A stretch of DNA of 64,000 bases, taken from assembly GCA_963716255.1 (NCBI GenBank), contig OY970303.1, positions 2,720,001-2,784,000 on the forward strand, read 5' to 3'. The notes beneath the pieces are model-generated. The model ran no database searches. It saw only the letters and a list, made by a program, of their open reading frames with translations, and was not told where the DNA came from. The stretch is from an uncultured Gemmatimonadales bacterium. Lineage in GTDB: Bacteria; Gemmatimonadota; Gemmatimonadetes; Longimicrobiales; Longimicrobiaceae. The position numbers were made by a program, and so were the translations under genes. Of this stretch, positions 31,472 to 43,140 are shown piece by piece (position 1 is the first letter of the stretch; each line of letters opens with the position of its first letter).

Positions 31472-33061
31472 CTATCGCGGCGCGGGCGCCGCCGCGCCTG
31501 CGGGCTCCGCCGCCTGCTCGCGCTCGAAGGCGGCGAAGGCGCGCTCCAGCTCCCACTGGAGCCGCGCCTTCGCGCTCCGCGCCACCCGCTCGCGGCAGCG
31601 GCGCCCCTCCAGGCCGCCCGCGTCCGCGGCGCAGTCCGGCACCGGCTCGAAGCCGTCGGCCGCGCGCCACAGGCTCTCGCCTTCCACGAAGGCGTGCACC
31701 AGGGAGTTGCGCGCCATGGTCTTGAGCTCCAGGTAGCCCAGCCCCTGCTCGCGCGCCGCCCGCAGGTACTCCATGGTCATCTCCGAGCGGGACACGCCCT
31801 CGTCGTCGGTGGCGAGCGCCACGGGAACGCCCGCGGCCATGTACGCCGACAGCGGGTGGTCCGCGCCCTTCACCCCCAGGATCACGTCGTTGCTGGTGAG
31901 CGCGATCTCCACCAGCACGCCCCGGCGCGCCATCTCCCGCAGCAGCCCCTGCGCGTCGTCCTCGTGCATCACGTCCACGCCGTGGCCGATGCGCGCCGCC
32001 CCCGCCACCTCCACGGCCTCGCGCACGTGCGAGCGGAGCCCTTCGGGAGGCACCAGCCCCGGTGCCAGCTCCCCGGCGTGCAGGCTGAAGCGCACGCGCG
32101 GGTAGAGCCGCCGCAGGTGGCCGATCATGCGCATCTGCAGCGAGTAGTCGCGCATGGAAACCAGCCCGTCCTCCGGCTGCACCAGGTTGAAGCCCACCAC
32201 CCGCGGATCGGCGGAGGCCATCTCGAACCCGGCCAGGATCTGGGCGAAGACGCTCGCGGGCGGGCGGCCGCGGCTCACCTGGTACAGGTAGCGCACCTCC
32301 ACCGCGCACCCGGGGTCCGTCCCCGGCGCCCCGCAGCGGAGCAGTTCCCGGCGGCGCTCTTCCGCGGCCGCGAGCGCGCGCGACGCCGCGGCGAGGGTGT
32401 CGCGCAGCCCCGCGCCCAGCAGGCGCTCGCGCAGCCGGCGGAACTGGGCCTCCTCCTCCTCGTCCTCGCGCCAGCCGGCTTGCGCCCCCAGGGCGGCCAC
32501 CCCGCCGCCGTCCGGGGTGAGCATGAGCTCCAGGTAGCTCACCCGCCCGTGCGCCGCGCGCGAGGTCGCCTCGGCCAGCATGTCGCCGGTGCGCCCCTGC
32601 CCACCCGCGCCGAACTTGCCGAAGGAGTCGAAGAACTGGTCGTGCCCGTTCTCGCGCGCCGGGTGCCAGTTGCGCATGGACCAGGCGTCGATCATCCCGG
32701 CGCGCAGCCCGCCGTCGCGCAGCGCCTGCGCCGCGGGGACCACGCCGGCCGCCGAGTCGCACGGCGCGGGCGCGAGCCCCAGCGTGCGCCGGTTCACGCA
32801 CAGCCCCGCCTCCGCGGCCCAGGCGACGTAGCTCTCGGCGTACACCGCGCCGGAAAGGTGGCTGTGCAGGTCGCCGCCCTTGGGCATGCGGCGCAGGAAG
32901 GCCACCAGCTGCGGCGGCTGCCCGCGGACGGCGTCGAAGCGCAGGTGCGTGCGCTCCTCGTCGGAGCGCGGCGCCTGGGCGCGCGCCGGAGCGGCCCCGG
33001 CGAGGAGGAGCAGGGCGCCGGGGAGCAGCCCGCGGAGCGCGGCCGCGCGGAATCGATGCAT
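31472..33061 (-). CDS. Secreted adenosine deaminase family protein
   Basis: MPKGGDLHSH, SLHAGE, RIGHG, ATDDEG; N-terminal signal peptide. Confidence 0.88.
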   Translation of the reverse strand: MHRFRAAALRGLLPGALLLLAGAAPARAQAPRSDEERTHLRFDAVRGQPPQLVAFLRRMPKGGDLHSHLSGAVYAESYVAWAAEAGLCVNRRTLGLAPAPCDSAAGVVPAAQALRDGGLRAGMIDAWSMRNWHPARENGHDQFFDSFGKFGAGGQGRTGDMLAEATSRAAHGRVSYLELMLTPDGGGVAALGAQAGWREDEEEEAQFRRLRERLLGAGLRDTLAAASRALAAAEERRRELLRCGAPGTDPGCAVEVRYLYQVSRGRPPASVFAQILAGFEMASADPRVVGFNLVQPEDGLVSMRDYSLQMRMIGHLRRLYPRVRFSLHAGELAPGLVPPEGLRSHVREAVEVAGAARIGHGVDVMHEDDAQGLLREMARRGVLVEIALTSNDVILGVKGADHPLSAYMAAGVPVALATDDEGVSRSEMTMEYLRAAREQGLGYLELKTMARNSLVHAFVEGESLWRAADGFEPVPDCAADAGGLEGRRCRERVARSAKARLQWELERAFAAFEREQAAEPAGAAAPAPR

Positions 33062-33295
33062 GAAAGTCGGCGAGGTGTCGGCGTACGGAATGGACCCGCG
33101 GCGGGAAGGCCGACGGTGGAGGAGAATACGGCGGCAACCCGAGAGCCGCAAATCGCCGCCGCCGCCGGAGACGTGGCGTGGCCGGCCGAACGAAGCAGCC
33201 CGGAGGACCCTCACCCGGCGGCCTGAGAGCCGCCACCCCCTCCCGATTCCGGGAGAGGGGGCCGACTGCTGGATCCGGAGTACGGGCAGGTACTT

Positions 33296-33424
33296 GCGTG
33301 AGGGATTCCGGCCCGAAGGGGCGAGACCGCGCGGCTGTTTGCGCGGGCTCGACTCCGTTGCAAACGGCAGTATCGTTTGCTACGGAGCCGAAGCCCGACC
33401 CCGGCGCCAGCCGGGGGCACGCCC
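33296..33424 (-). repeat. Repeat family A, copy 6
   Basis: Reverse complement of the family A consensus. Confidence 0.9.
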
Positions 33425-33456
33425 GACCCCGCCGTACCGGGCCGTTCCAGCCCGCC

Positions 33457-34452
33457 TCAGCGCCCTCCTGGAACCCCCGGCACGACGGCCCCCGGCGGAA
33501 GCACCCGGCGGGCCACCACGAAATGAGTGCGATAATACTCGCCGCGCCGGCTGGCCAGGTCGTCGTAGCGCACTCCCCTGCCGCTGGACGAGCTGTGCAG
33601 GATGCGCCCGTCGCCCACGTACATGGCCGCGTGGTCGATGTAGGCCCCGTCCCTGGCAAAGAACATCAGGTCCCCGGGGCGCAGCTCCTCGATGCGGGCC
33701 GGCACCGGCTCCCCCACCTGCGCCTGGTCGCGCGTGACCCGCGGCAGCTCAATCCCGTGCGCGCGGTACACGTAGCGCAGGAAGCCGGAGCAGTCGAACC
33801 CCTCCTCCGGGGTGTTCCCGCCCCAGCGGTACGGCACGCCCAGGAAGCCCGCCCCCGTGCCGATGGCGAGCGCGGCCACGGGCGCGGCGGCGGCGGCGGT
33901 CCCCGAAGCCGGGATGAAGATGGACGCGCGCTCGCGCCGGGCCGCCGTGCGGCGCAGCGCAGCCGCGGCCGGAGCCCCGCCGAAGGCGAGCGCGACCCCG
34001 GCGCGCACCTCCAGCCGGGCCGCCATCCCCTCCGCGAACGGGGTGCGGTAGCGGGCCTCCCCTTCCAGCGCGAACGGGCCGGCGACGTGCCGCGTGTACA
34101 CGCCGCCCACGCTGGTGGAAAGCGCCGCGCCGCCCGCCTCCGTCTGCTGCGCGCCCACGCCCACCAGCAGCCTCACGCCGTCCAGCCCGGGGACCAGCCT
34201 CCCCAGGTGCCCCGTCCCGTCCAGGTCCGCCATCCAGCGGGAGGGCGCGCCCGCGTCGCGTGGCACCGCGTCCACCGCGGCGCCCAGGCGAATGCCCAGG
34301 CCGTCGCGCTCGGTGCCCAGCGTGCCCCCCACCCGGGCCGCGGTGAGCCCCGCCCCGGTGGAGGTGAACGCCGAAACGCTGGTGCGGCCCTGCGCGGACA
34401 GGGCGGCGGGAACGAGCAGCAGGGCGGGAAGGAGGGCGAGGGTGCGTGTCAT
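33457..34452 (-). CDS. NlpC/P60 (C40) peptidase with N-terminal beta-strand-rich domain
   Basis: GVPYRWGG...GFDCSG...LPRVTRDQ...PGDLMFF...HAAMY. Confidence 0.9.
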   Translation of the reverse strand: MTRTLALLPALLLVPAALSAQGRTSVSAFTSTGAGLTAARVGGTLGTERDGLGIRLGAAVDAVPRDAGAPSRWMADLDGTGHLGRLVPGLDGVRLLVGVGAQQTEAGGAALSTSVGGVYTRHVAGPFALEGEARYRTPFAEGMAARLEVRAGVALAFGGAPAAAALRRTAARRERASIFIPASGTAAAAAPVAALAIGTGAGFLGVPYRWGGNTPEEGFDCSGFLRYVYRAHGIELPRVTRDQAQVGEPVPARIEELRPGDLMFFARDGAYIDHAAMYVGDGRILHSSSSGRGVRYDDLASRRGEYYRTHFVVARRVLPPGAVVPGVPGGR

Positions 34453-34910
34453 GGTACGGCGGGGGTGCGGCGGAAACGGCGGAGGTCCCACCGGCGCGCG
34501 TGCGCGGAGCCGGCGAGGCGGATGGAGGCGGACGTTTTTTCGGGGGAGGGCCGCGCGCCCGCGCGGCCACCCGCAAGTTTGGCCCGGGAGGGCCGCAGCG
34601 CAAGAGTGTCCTTGCGCCACGGCCCGCGCCCCGCAGATTCGGAGCAGTATGCCGTCCGGACATGGTTCATGCCTGAACGACAGGCGGAAGCTTCCGAACG
34701 GGCGGAAAAAACGGCCGTTTCGGCAGCTTGCCGGAGTGCGGTTAAGTTGCGGTTAAGACGTCACTTACGTGGACAATCCAAAGGCACGAACGGAGTTACG
34801 TCGGGTAACAGGGGCGTGGCAAGCGAAATGCGAAAGGGGGTCGTAGCAGCGAGGCGCTCGCGGACTGGCGCGGCGCCCCGGCGGACTACCGCAAAAGGAA
34901 GGGTATCCCG

Positions 34911-37496
<2,586 letters not shown>

Positions 37497-37513
37497 GGCG
37501 TTGATCGGGTGAA

Positions 37514-37560
37514 CGAAGCGAAGCCCCCGGAGGTTGGTTCTCCGGGGGCTTCGTCTTTTA
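37514..37560 (+). terminator. Intrinsic terminator after lon
   Basis: CGAAGCCCCCGGAG...CTCCGGGGGCTTCG hairpin followed by TCTTTT. Confidence 0.7.
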
Positions 37561-37585
37561 CGGAACGGCTTTGAACGGCGGGGGT

Positions 37586-37712
37586 GGGCGTGCCCCCGCT
37601 GGCGCGGGGTCGGGCTTCGGCTCCGTAGCAAACGATACTACCGTTTGCAACGGAGTCGAGCCCCGCGAAACTGCCCGCGGGTCTCGCCCCTTCGGGCCGG
37701 AATCCCTCACGC
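37586..37712 (+). repeat. Repeat family A, copy 7
   Basis: Matches the family A consensus. Confidence 0.9.
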
Positions 37713-37858
37713 GGCTCCGCGCTTGCGTCCTCACGGCGCCGTGGACGGGCTCCCGGCCCTCGCCCGTCGACAAAGCGCAGGGGAGCTGCGTCCCGGTGCG
37801 GGTCGCGGCTCCCCTGCGAGGTCGCCGCCGGGCGCGGGGCCCGGCGGGCGGCGGCGGT

Positions 37859-38209
37859 CTACTTGACGTGCTGGTTGACCAGCTTGGTCATCTCGAACAT
37901 GGTGACCTGGTCCTTGCCGAAGATCGGCCGGAGCTTGTCGTCCGCGTTGATGTTCCGCCGGTTCTGGGAGTCCTGCAGGTTGTTCTTCTTGATGTAGTCC
38001 CAGATCTTCTTGGTCATCTCGGACCGCGGAAGCGGGTCCTTGCCGACGATGGCGGCCAGCTCCTTGTCCGGCGTCACCGGCTGCGCGATCCCGCCCCGCG
38101 CCTCGCGCGCTCCGCCCTCTCCGCCGGCGGACTTCTTGGCCGTGGACTTCTTGGCCGTGGTCTTCTTCGCAGCAGACTTCGTGGTGGTGCCCTTCTTGGG
38201 GGTGGCCAT
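37859..38209 (-). CDS. SWIB/MDM2 domain protein with Lys/Ala/Thr-rich N-terminal tail
   Basis: LAAIVG..PLPRSEMTKKIWDYIKKNNLQD..NRRNINADDKL...MFEMTKLVNQH. Confidence 0.93.
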   Translation of the reverse strand: MATPKKGTTTKSAAKKTTAKKSTAKKSAGGEGGAREARGGIAQPVTPDKELAAIVGKDPLPRSEMTKKIWDYIKKNNLQDSQNRRNINADDKLRPIFGKDQVTMFEMTKLVNQHVK

Positions 38210-38477
38210 GGAGCGGTCTCCTGGTCTGGGTAGAGAAGCGAGCGAACGAAGGTGCTCGACTGCGGGCGTGCGGCCCGACGTACCGCAAGAGGGGAGTTCG
38301 CGGCCGAAATGTCAAGGTTTCCGGAGCGAATTCGCCTTCGTGGACGCCCGAAAGGCCCGCGAGAGCACCCTCGCCGCTCCCCCCGGGCCACCCCCGCCCC
38401 CACGAGCGCAGCAAAAAACGGCCCGGACGCGAGCCCCACGAGGCGCGTCCGGACCGTCCCTTCACGTCGTGCTCCCC

Positions 38478-38620
38478 CAAAAAATCTCTGCGGAGGGAGA
38501 CCCGCCGGCAGTTTGGCGGGGCTCCCGCAGCCGGAGCGGAGACGGCGGGGCGGTTTCCGCTGGCTCCGCGACCCGCGCAGGAGACGGACGGCAGTATCGT
38601 CCGGCTCCGGAGCGGCCCCG
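38478..38620 (+). repeat. Repeat family B, copy 2
   Basis: Three GAGAC-stem-loop-GGCTCC modules; 3' end nearly identical to copy 1. Confidence 0.8.
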
Positions 38621-38645
38621 ACGCGCCGGCAGTCTGCTCTATCGA

Positions 38646-40052
38646 TCAGTACCCCCGCACCGCCTTGAGCGCGTTCACCAACCCGTACCCTTCCTTCGAG
38701 TGCCGGCTGGGATAGTACGAGCCGCTCTGCTGCAGACGCGCGCGGAGCTGGTCGCGCGTGAGCCCCGGGTTCCTGGACCACACCAGCGCCGCGATGCCGC
38801 CCATCACCGCGGTGGCGTTGGAGCTGCCGCCCATCTCCACGATGTCCGCCGTGTACTGCCCGGTGCTGGGAACCGACAGGTACGCCGTCAGCTCCACGTC
38901 GCTCCCGTAGTGGATGCCGCAGGGGACCCCGCCGCCCGGGTAGGTGATCCCGGTGACCGCCACCACCTCCGGCATGTCGGCCGGGAAGATGACGTTGCTG
39001 TCCAGGATGCCGTCGCCGCAGCCGGAGGTCCCCGCCGCGCCCAGGAACAGCACGGGGCGGTTGTAGTGCCAGTACTCGATCTCGTCCGACACCTGCCACA
39101 GCCAGTTCAGCGACTCCCACGCCATCACCACCACCTGCGACCCGTTCTGCGCCGCGGCGCGCACCGAGCCCGCGGCGTCGCTGGCGGAGACCGCCGCCAC
39201 CCCGCTGGCCTGCCGCACGCTGACCAGGTTGGCCCGGTACGCCACGCCGCCCACGCTGCGCCCGTCGCGCGGCGCGGCGATGATCCCGGCCATGCGCGTG
39301 CCGTGGCCGCAGTCGTCGTACGCGCTCCCCAGGTGCGTGAGGTAGAAGAGGCGCACGCTGCGGCCGGTGCTCTCGCCGGTGGCGAACTGGCTGAGGAGCT
39401 GCGCCTGGTTGGCGGAGATCCCCGTGTCGGTGAGGCCCACGGTGACGCCGGCGCCGCTGCTCAGCGCCCACGCCGCCGGGATGTTCATGGCCGTCCACTT
39501 CTGCGAGTACACGTCGCCGGAGGAGGTGTACTGCCGGTCGCCCGTCCAGGCGCTCCCCCACCCGCACCCGCCCACCCCCGCGAACTGCTGCGGCATGGGG
39601 TCGCCGAAGACCGGCTCCACGTAGTCCACGAAGGGGAGCCTGCGCACGGCCGCGAGCGCCGCCGGCCCGTCCAGCCGCAGCTCGAGCACGGGGAGCAGGG
39701 TGTCCGCGCGCAGCAGCGTCACGCCGCGCTGCGCCGCCACCGCGGCGCGCCCCTGGCTCCACTCGGAGCGGCCCACCAGCACCCGGCCGCGGTACACGCC
39801 GCGGTTTGCGCCGGGCGACCGGAGCCCCACGGCGACGCGGCCGTCGCCGGCGGCGACGTAGCGCCACAGCTCGGCGTCGGGGAGGTCGGCGAGGGTGCCC
39901 GGGCGCTGCTGGCCGCGGCCGGGCACCTGCGGGTCCTGCGCGGCGGAGGCGGCGGGCGCCGCCGGGGCCAGCGGCGCGGGTGCGTCGTCCGAGCAGGCGG
40001 CGAGGAAGGCGAGGGCGACGGCGAGCACCGCGCGGGGAAGCGGATGGCGCAT
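38646..40052 (-). CDS. S8 (subtilisin-like) serine peptidase, lipoprotein
   Basis: Lipobox LAAC; DTG, HGT and GGSSNATA triad motifs. Confidence 0.88.
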   Translation of the reverse strand: MRHPLPRAVLAVALAFLAACSDDAPAPLAPAAPAASAAQDPQVPGRGQQRPGTLADLPDAELWRYVAAGDGRVAVGLRSPGANRGVYRGRVLVGRSEWSQGRAAVAAQRGVTLLRADTLLPVLELRLDGPAALAAVRRLPFVDYVEPVFGDPMPQQFAGVGGCGWGSAWTGDRQYTSSGDVYSQKWTAMNIPAAWALSSGAGVTVGLTDTGISANQAQLLSQFATGESTGRSVRLFYLTHLGSAYDDCGHGTRMAGIIAAPRDGRSVGGVAYRANLVSVRQASGVAAVSASDAAGSVRAAAQNGSQVVVMAWESLNWLWQVSDEIEYWHYNRPVLFLGAAGTSGCGDGILDSNVIFPADMPEVVAVTGITYPGGGVPCGIHYGSDVELTAYLSVPSTGQYTADIVEMGGSSNATAVMGGIAALVWSRNPGLTRDQLRARLQQSGSYYPSRHSKEGYGLVNALKAVRGY

Positions 40053-40246
40053 ACGTGACCTTTCCGGTAGGGGATGGGCGGGAACGGCGGCCAGCGGGGG
40101 ATGCGGGACCGCGATGGCGACTTGTGTCGCAAAATATGGGTTCTGGGTGGCGGTGCGCGCAACCTCCTGCGGGAAAAGGGGTGGGCGGCACACGGCCCGC
40201 CGCTTGCAAAGCCCGGGGGCCGCACACCTGACGGAGAGACCGAGAC

Positions 40247-41950
40247 TTGAGAGACCGGAACCCCGCGCGGCGCACTCCCGGTGCGCTGCTCCTGCTCGCG
40301 TCCCTGGGGGCCTGCGCGCCCTCCGGGCCGCCTGCCACCGCGCCGGCACCCGCACCGCGGCCCGAGGCCGCCCCGGAGCGCCTCCCGTACGTGCCGGTGA
40401 GCCCCGCGCTCCCGCCCATCCCGGAGGCGGACGGCCCGCTGGCGATCCGGGTGGTGCACCCCGGCCCGGGGAGCCCCCGGCCGCGGGTGGACTCCACCTA
40501 CATCTACGGCTCCGTGGGCACCGGGCGGGCCGCGCTCGACGTCAACGGCACCCCCGTGCCCGTGGCCCCCAACGGCGCGTTCCTGGCCTTTCTCCCCCTC
40601 CCCGCCGACGGCCGCTGGGAGTTGACCGCCCGGGGGACCGGGGAGCCGGTGCGGGCCACGGTAGCGTACGCGGCCCCGCCCGCCCCGCGGCCGGCCGCCC
40701 CCGCCCGCCCCGACACCATGCAGGCGGACACCGCCCAGGGAGACCCGGTGCGGGCCGACAGCGCGGCCGCCCCGGCAGCGCCCGCGGCACCTCCCGCGCC
40801 CGCGTTCACGCCGCAGTCGGCGACGGTCACCGGCGGGGACACGCTGGCCACCGGCAGCGACGTGGCCATCGGGCGGCCCACGCCCACGGGAACGTACCGC
40901 TGGTTCCTCCCGCGCGGGGCACGCGTCCGGGTGGTGGAGCGCCGCGGCGACCAGCTCCGCGTGCAGCTGGACAGCGCCACCAGCGCCTGGTTCCCGGCCG
41001 GCTCGCTGGCGCTCGACGGACCCGGGCTGCCGGCGCGCGTCGAGGCCGCAGGCGGCGCCGCGCGGCTGAGCGTGACCCCGGCCGCGGAGTGGGTGGACCT
41101 GCGCTTCGCCGTGCAGCGGGCGCCCTTCCTGGTGCAGGCCGCCGACGACCGCCTGACGGTGACGCTGTACGGCCGCGCCGCGCCCGCCCGCTCGGACGCC
41201 CCGCCCGCCGGAGACTCGCTGCTCGCCGGCATCTCGTGGCGGCCGGGCACGCCCGGGCGCGCCGAGGCCGAGGTGCGGCTGGCGCGCCCGCTCTGGGGGT
41301 ACAAGGCGTTCTACACGCGCGACGGCACGCTGGTGCTGCGCGTCCGCCGGCCGCCCGCCGTGGACCCCGCTGCCCCGCTGCGCGGCGTGCGCGTGGCCGT
41401 GGACCCCGGGCACCCGCCGGCGGGCGCCACCGGCCCCACCGGGCTGACCGAGGCGGAAGCCAACCTGGCCATCGGGACTCGGCTGGCGGAGCGGCTGCGC
41501 GCGCGCGGGGCGGACGTGCTCCTCACCCGCGCCGCGAACGTCCCCGTGGAGCTGGGCGCGCGGACCGACACCGCCGTGGCCTGGGACGCCGACCTGCTGG
41601 TGTCCGTGCACAACAACGCCTTCGGCGAGGGGGTCGACCCCTTCCGCAACCACAGCACCGCCGTGTACTACTTCCAGCCCTTTTCCGCGGCGCTGGCGCG
41701 CGAGCTGGACCGCGAGATCGTGGGCGTCACCCGCATCCCCGACCTGGGCGCCCGGCAGTCCAACCTGGCGCTGGCGCGCCCCACCTGGATGCCTTCCGCC
41801 CTCACCGAGTCGCTGTTCATGCTCATCCCCGAGCAGGAAGCCGCCCTGCGCGACCCCGAGTTCCTGGACCGCCTGGCCGACGCCCACGTCCGCGGCATCG
41901 AGGCCTTTCTCCGCACCCGTGCCGGCGCCGCGGGCGCCCCCGCCCGCTGA
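40247..41950 (+). CDS. N-acetylmuramoyl-L-alanine amidase (Amidase_3) lipoprotein
   Basis: Lipobox LGAC; VDPGH, E..ANL, SVHNNA, LTE; SH3-like middle region. Confidence 0.88.
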   Translation: MRDRNPARRTPGALLLLASLGACAPSGPPATAPAPAPRPEAAPERLPYVPVSPALPPIPEADGPLAIRVVHPGPGSPRPRVDSTYIYGSVGTGRAALDVNGTPVPVAPNGAFLAFLPLPADGRWELTARGTGEPVRATVAYAAPPAPRPAAPARPDTMQADTAQGDPVRADSAAAPAAPAAPPAPAFTPQSATVTGGDTLATGSDVAIGRPTPTGTYRWFLPRGARVRVVERRGDQLRVQLDSATSAWFPAGSLALDGPGLPARVEAAGGAARLSVTPAAEWVDLRFAVQRAPFLVQAADDRLTVTLYGRAAPARSDAPPAGDSLLAGISWRPGTPGRAEAEVRLARPLWGYKAFYTRDGTLVLRVRRPPAVDPAAPLRGVRVAVDPGHPPAGATGPTGLTEAEANLAIGTRLAERLRARGADVLLTRAANVPVELGARTDTAVAWDADLLVSVHNNAFGEGVDPFRNHSTAVYYFQPFSAALARELDREIVGVTRIPDLGARQSNLALARPTWMPSALTESLFMLIPEQEAALRDPEFLDRLADAHVRGIEAFLRTRAGAAGAPAR

Positions 41951-42930
41951 TGCGCGCCGTCGTCATCGCCCGCCCCGGCGGGCCCGAGGTGCTCCGGATG
42001 GCCGAGCGCCCCCTCCCCGAGCCCGGCCCCGGCGAGATCCGGGTGCGGGTGCGCGCCTCCGCGCTGAACCGCGCGGACCTGCTCCAGCGGCGCGGCGTCT
42101 ACCCCGCCCCGCCGGGCGCGCCGCAGGACATCCCCGGCCTGGAGTACGCCGGCGAGGTGGACGCCGTGGGCGAGGGCGCGGGGCTGTGGGCCGTGGGGAA
42201 CCGGGTGATGGGGATCGTGGGCGGCGGCGGCCACGCCGAGCACGTCGTGGTACACGAGCGCGAGGCCATGCGCATCCCGCAGGGGCTCTCGTACGAGGAG
42301 GGCGCCGCCATCCCCGAGGCGTTCCTCACCGCGTACGACGCGCTCTTCACCCGGCTGGAGCTGGTGATGGGGGAGCGCGTGCTGATCCACGCCGTGGGGA
42401 GCGGCGTGGGGACCGCCGCCCTGCAGCTGGCCCGCACCGCCGGCGCCATGGTCATCGGCACCTCGCGCAGCCCCGAGAAGCTGCGCCGCGCCGGGGAGCT
42501 GGGGCTGGACGTGGCGATCGACACCTCCAGGGAGGACCTTCCCGCCGCCCTGGAGAACGCCACCTACGGCAGCGGGGTGCACGCCGTGGTGGACCTGGTG
42601 GGGGGAAAGATCCTCGAGGAGTCGCTGCGCGGCCTGGCCCAGGGGGGCCGGGTGGTGGTGGTGGGCACCGTCGCCGGCTCGAAGGTGGAGCTGGACCTGG
42701 GGCTCCTCCTGCAGCGCCGCATCCGCATCGTGGGCACCGTGCTGCGCACCCGCCCGCTGGAAGAGAAGATCGCCCTTGCCCGGGAGTTCTCCAGCACCGT
42801 CCTCCCGCTGCTCTCGTCCGGCAAGATCCGCCCCGTCATCGACCGCACCTACCCGTTTTCGGAGATCGCCGAGGCGCACCGGCAGATGGAGCAGAACGAC
42901 ACCTTCGGCAAGATCGTGCTGACGTGGTGA
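41950..42930 (+). CDS. NAD(P)H-quinone oxidoreductase (zeta-crystallin/MDR family)
   Basis: LNRADLLQRRG.YP, PGLEYAG, HAVGSGVGTA, GKIVL. Confidence 0.93.
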   Translation: MRAVVIARPGGPEVLRMAERPLPEPGPGEIRVRVRASALNRADLLQRRGVYPAPPGAPQDIPGLEYAGEVDAVGEGAGLWAVGNRVMGIVGGGGHAEHVVVHEREAMRIPQGLSYEEGAAIPEAFLTAYDALFTRLELVMGERVLIHAVGSGVGTAALQLARTAGAMVIGTSRSPEKLRRAGELGLDVAIDTSREDLPAALENATYGSGVHAVVDLVGGKILEESLRGLAQGGRVVVVGTVAGSKVELDLGLLLQRRIRIVGTVLRTRPLEEKIALAREFSSTVLPLLSSGKIRPVIDRTYPFSEIAEAHRQMEQNDTFGKIVLTW

Positions 42931-42950
42931 GCTGAGGGTCGGCGAGGGTT

Positions 42951-43060
42951 GGCGGGCCGCTACGGAGCCCGGGCAAACTGCGCCCGGTCTCCTCCGCGGG
43001 CTCCGGGAGCCCCGGGAAACCGCCCCCGGGTCTCCCTCCGAACAGACTTTTATGGGTACG
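42951..43060 (-). repeat. Repeat family B, copy 3 (two modules)
   Basis: GGGCCGCT.CGGAGCC-stem-AAAC(T/C)GC-stem-GTCTCC. Confidence 0.75.
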
Positions 43061-43140
43061 GCGAACGGCAAAAAACGGCGCCCCCACCGGGATCTCCCGG
43101 TGGGGGCGCCGTCCTGCCGTTGCAGGCTGTTCCCTGTTCC

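Noticed and set aside
38790..38840. S8 protease GGSSNATA instead of GTSMA as a sign of inactivity
   Set aside because: The catalytic Ser position is retained along with the Asp and His motifs; within normal subtilase variation.
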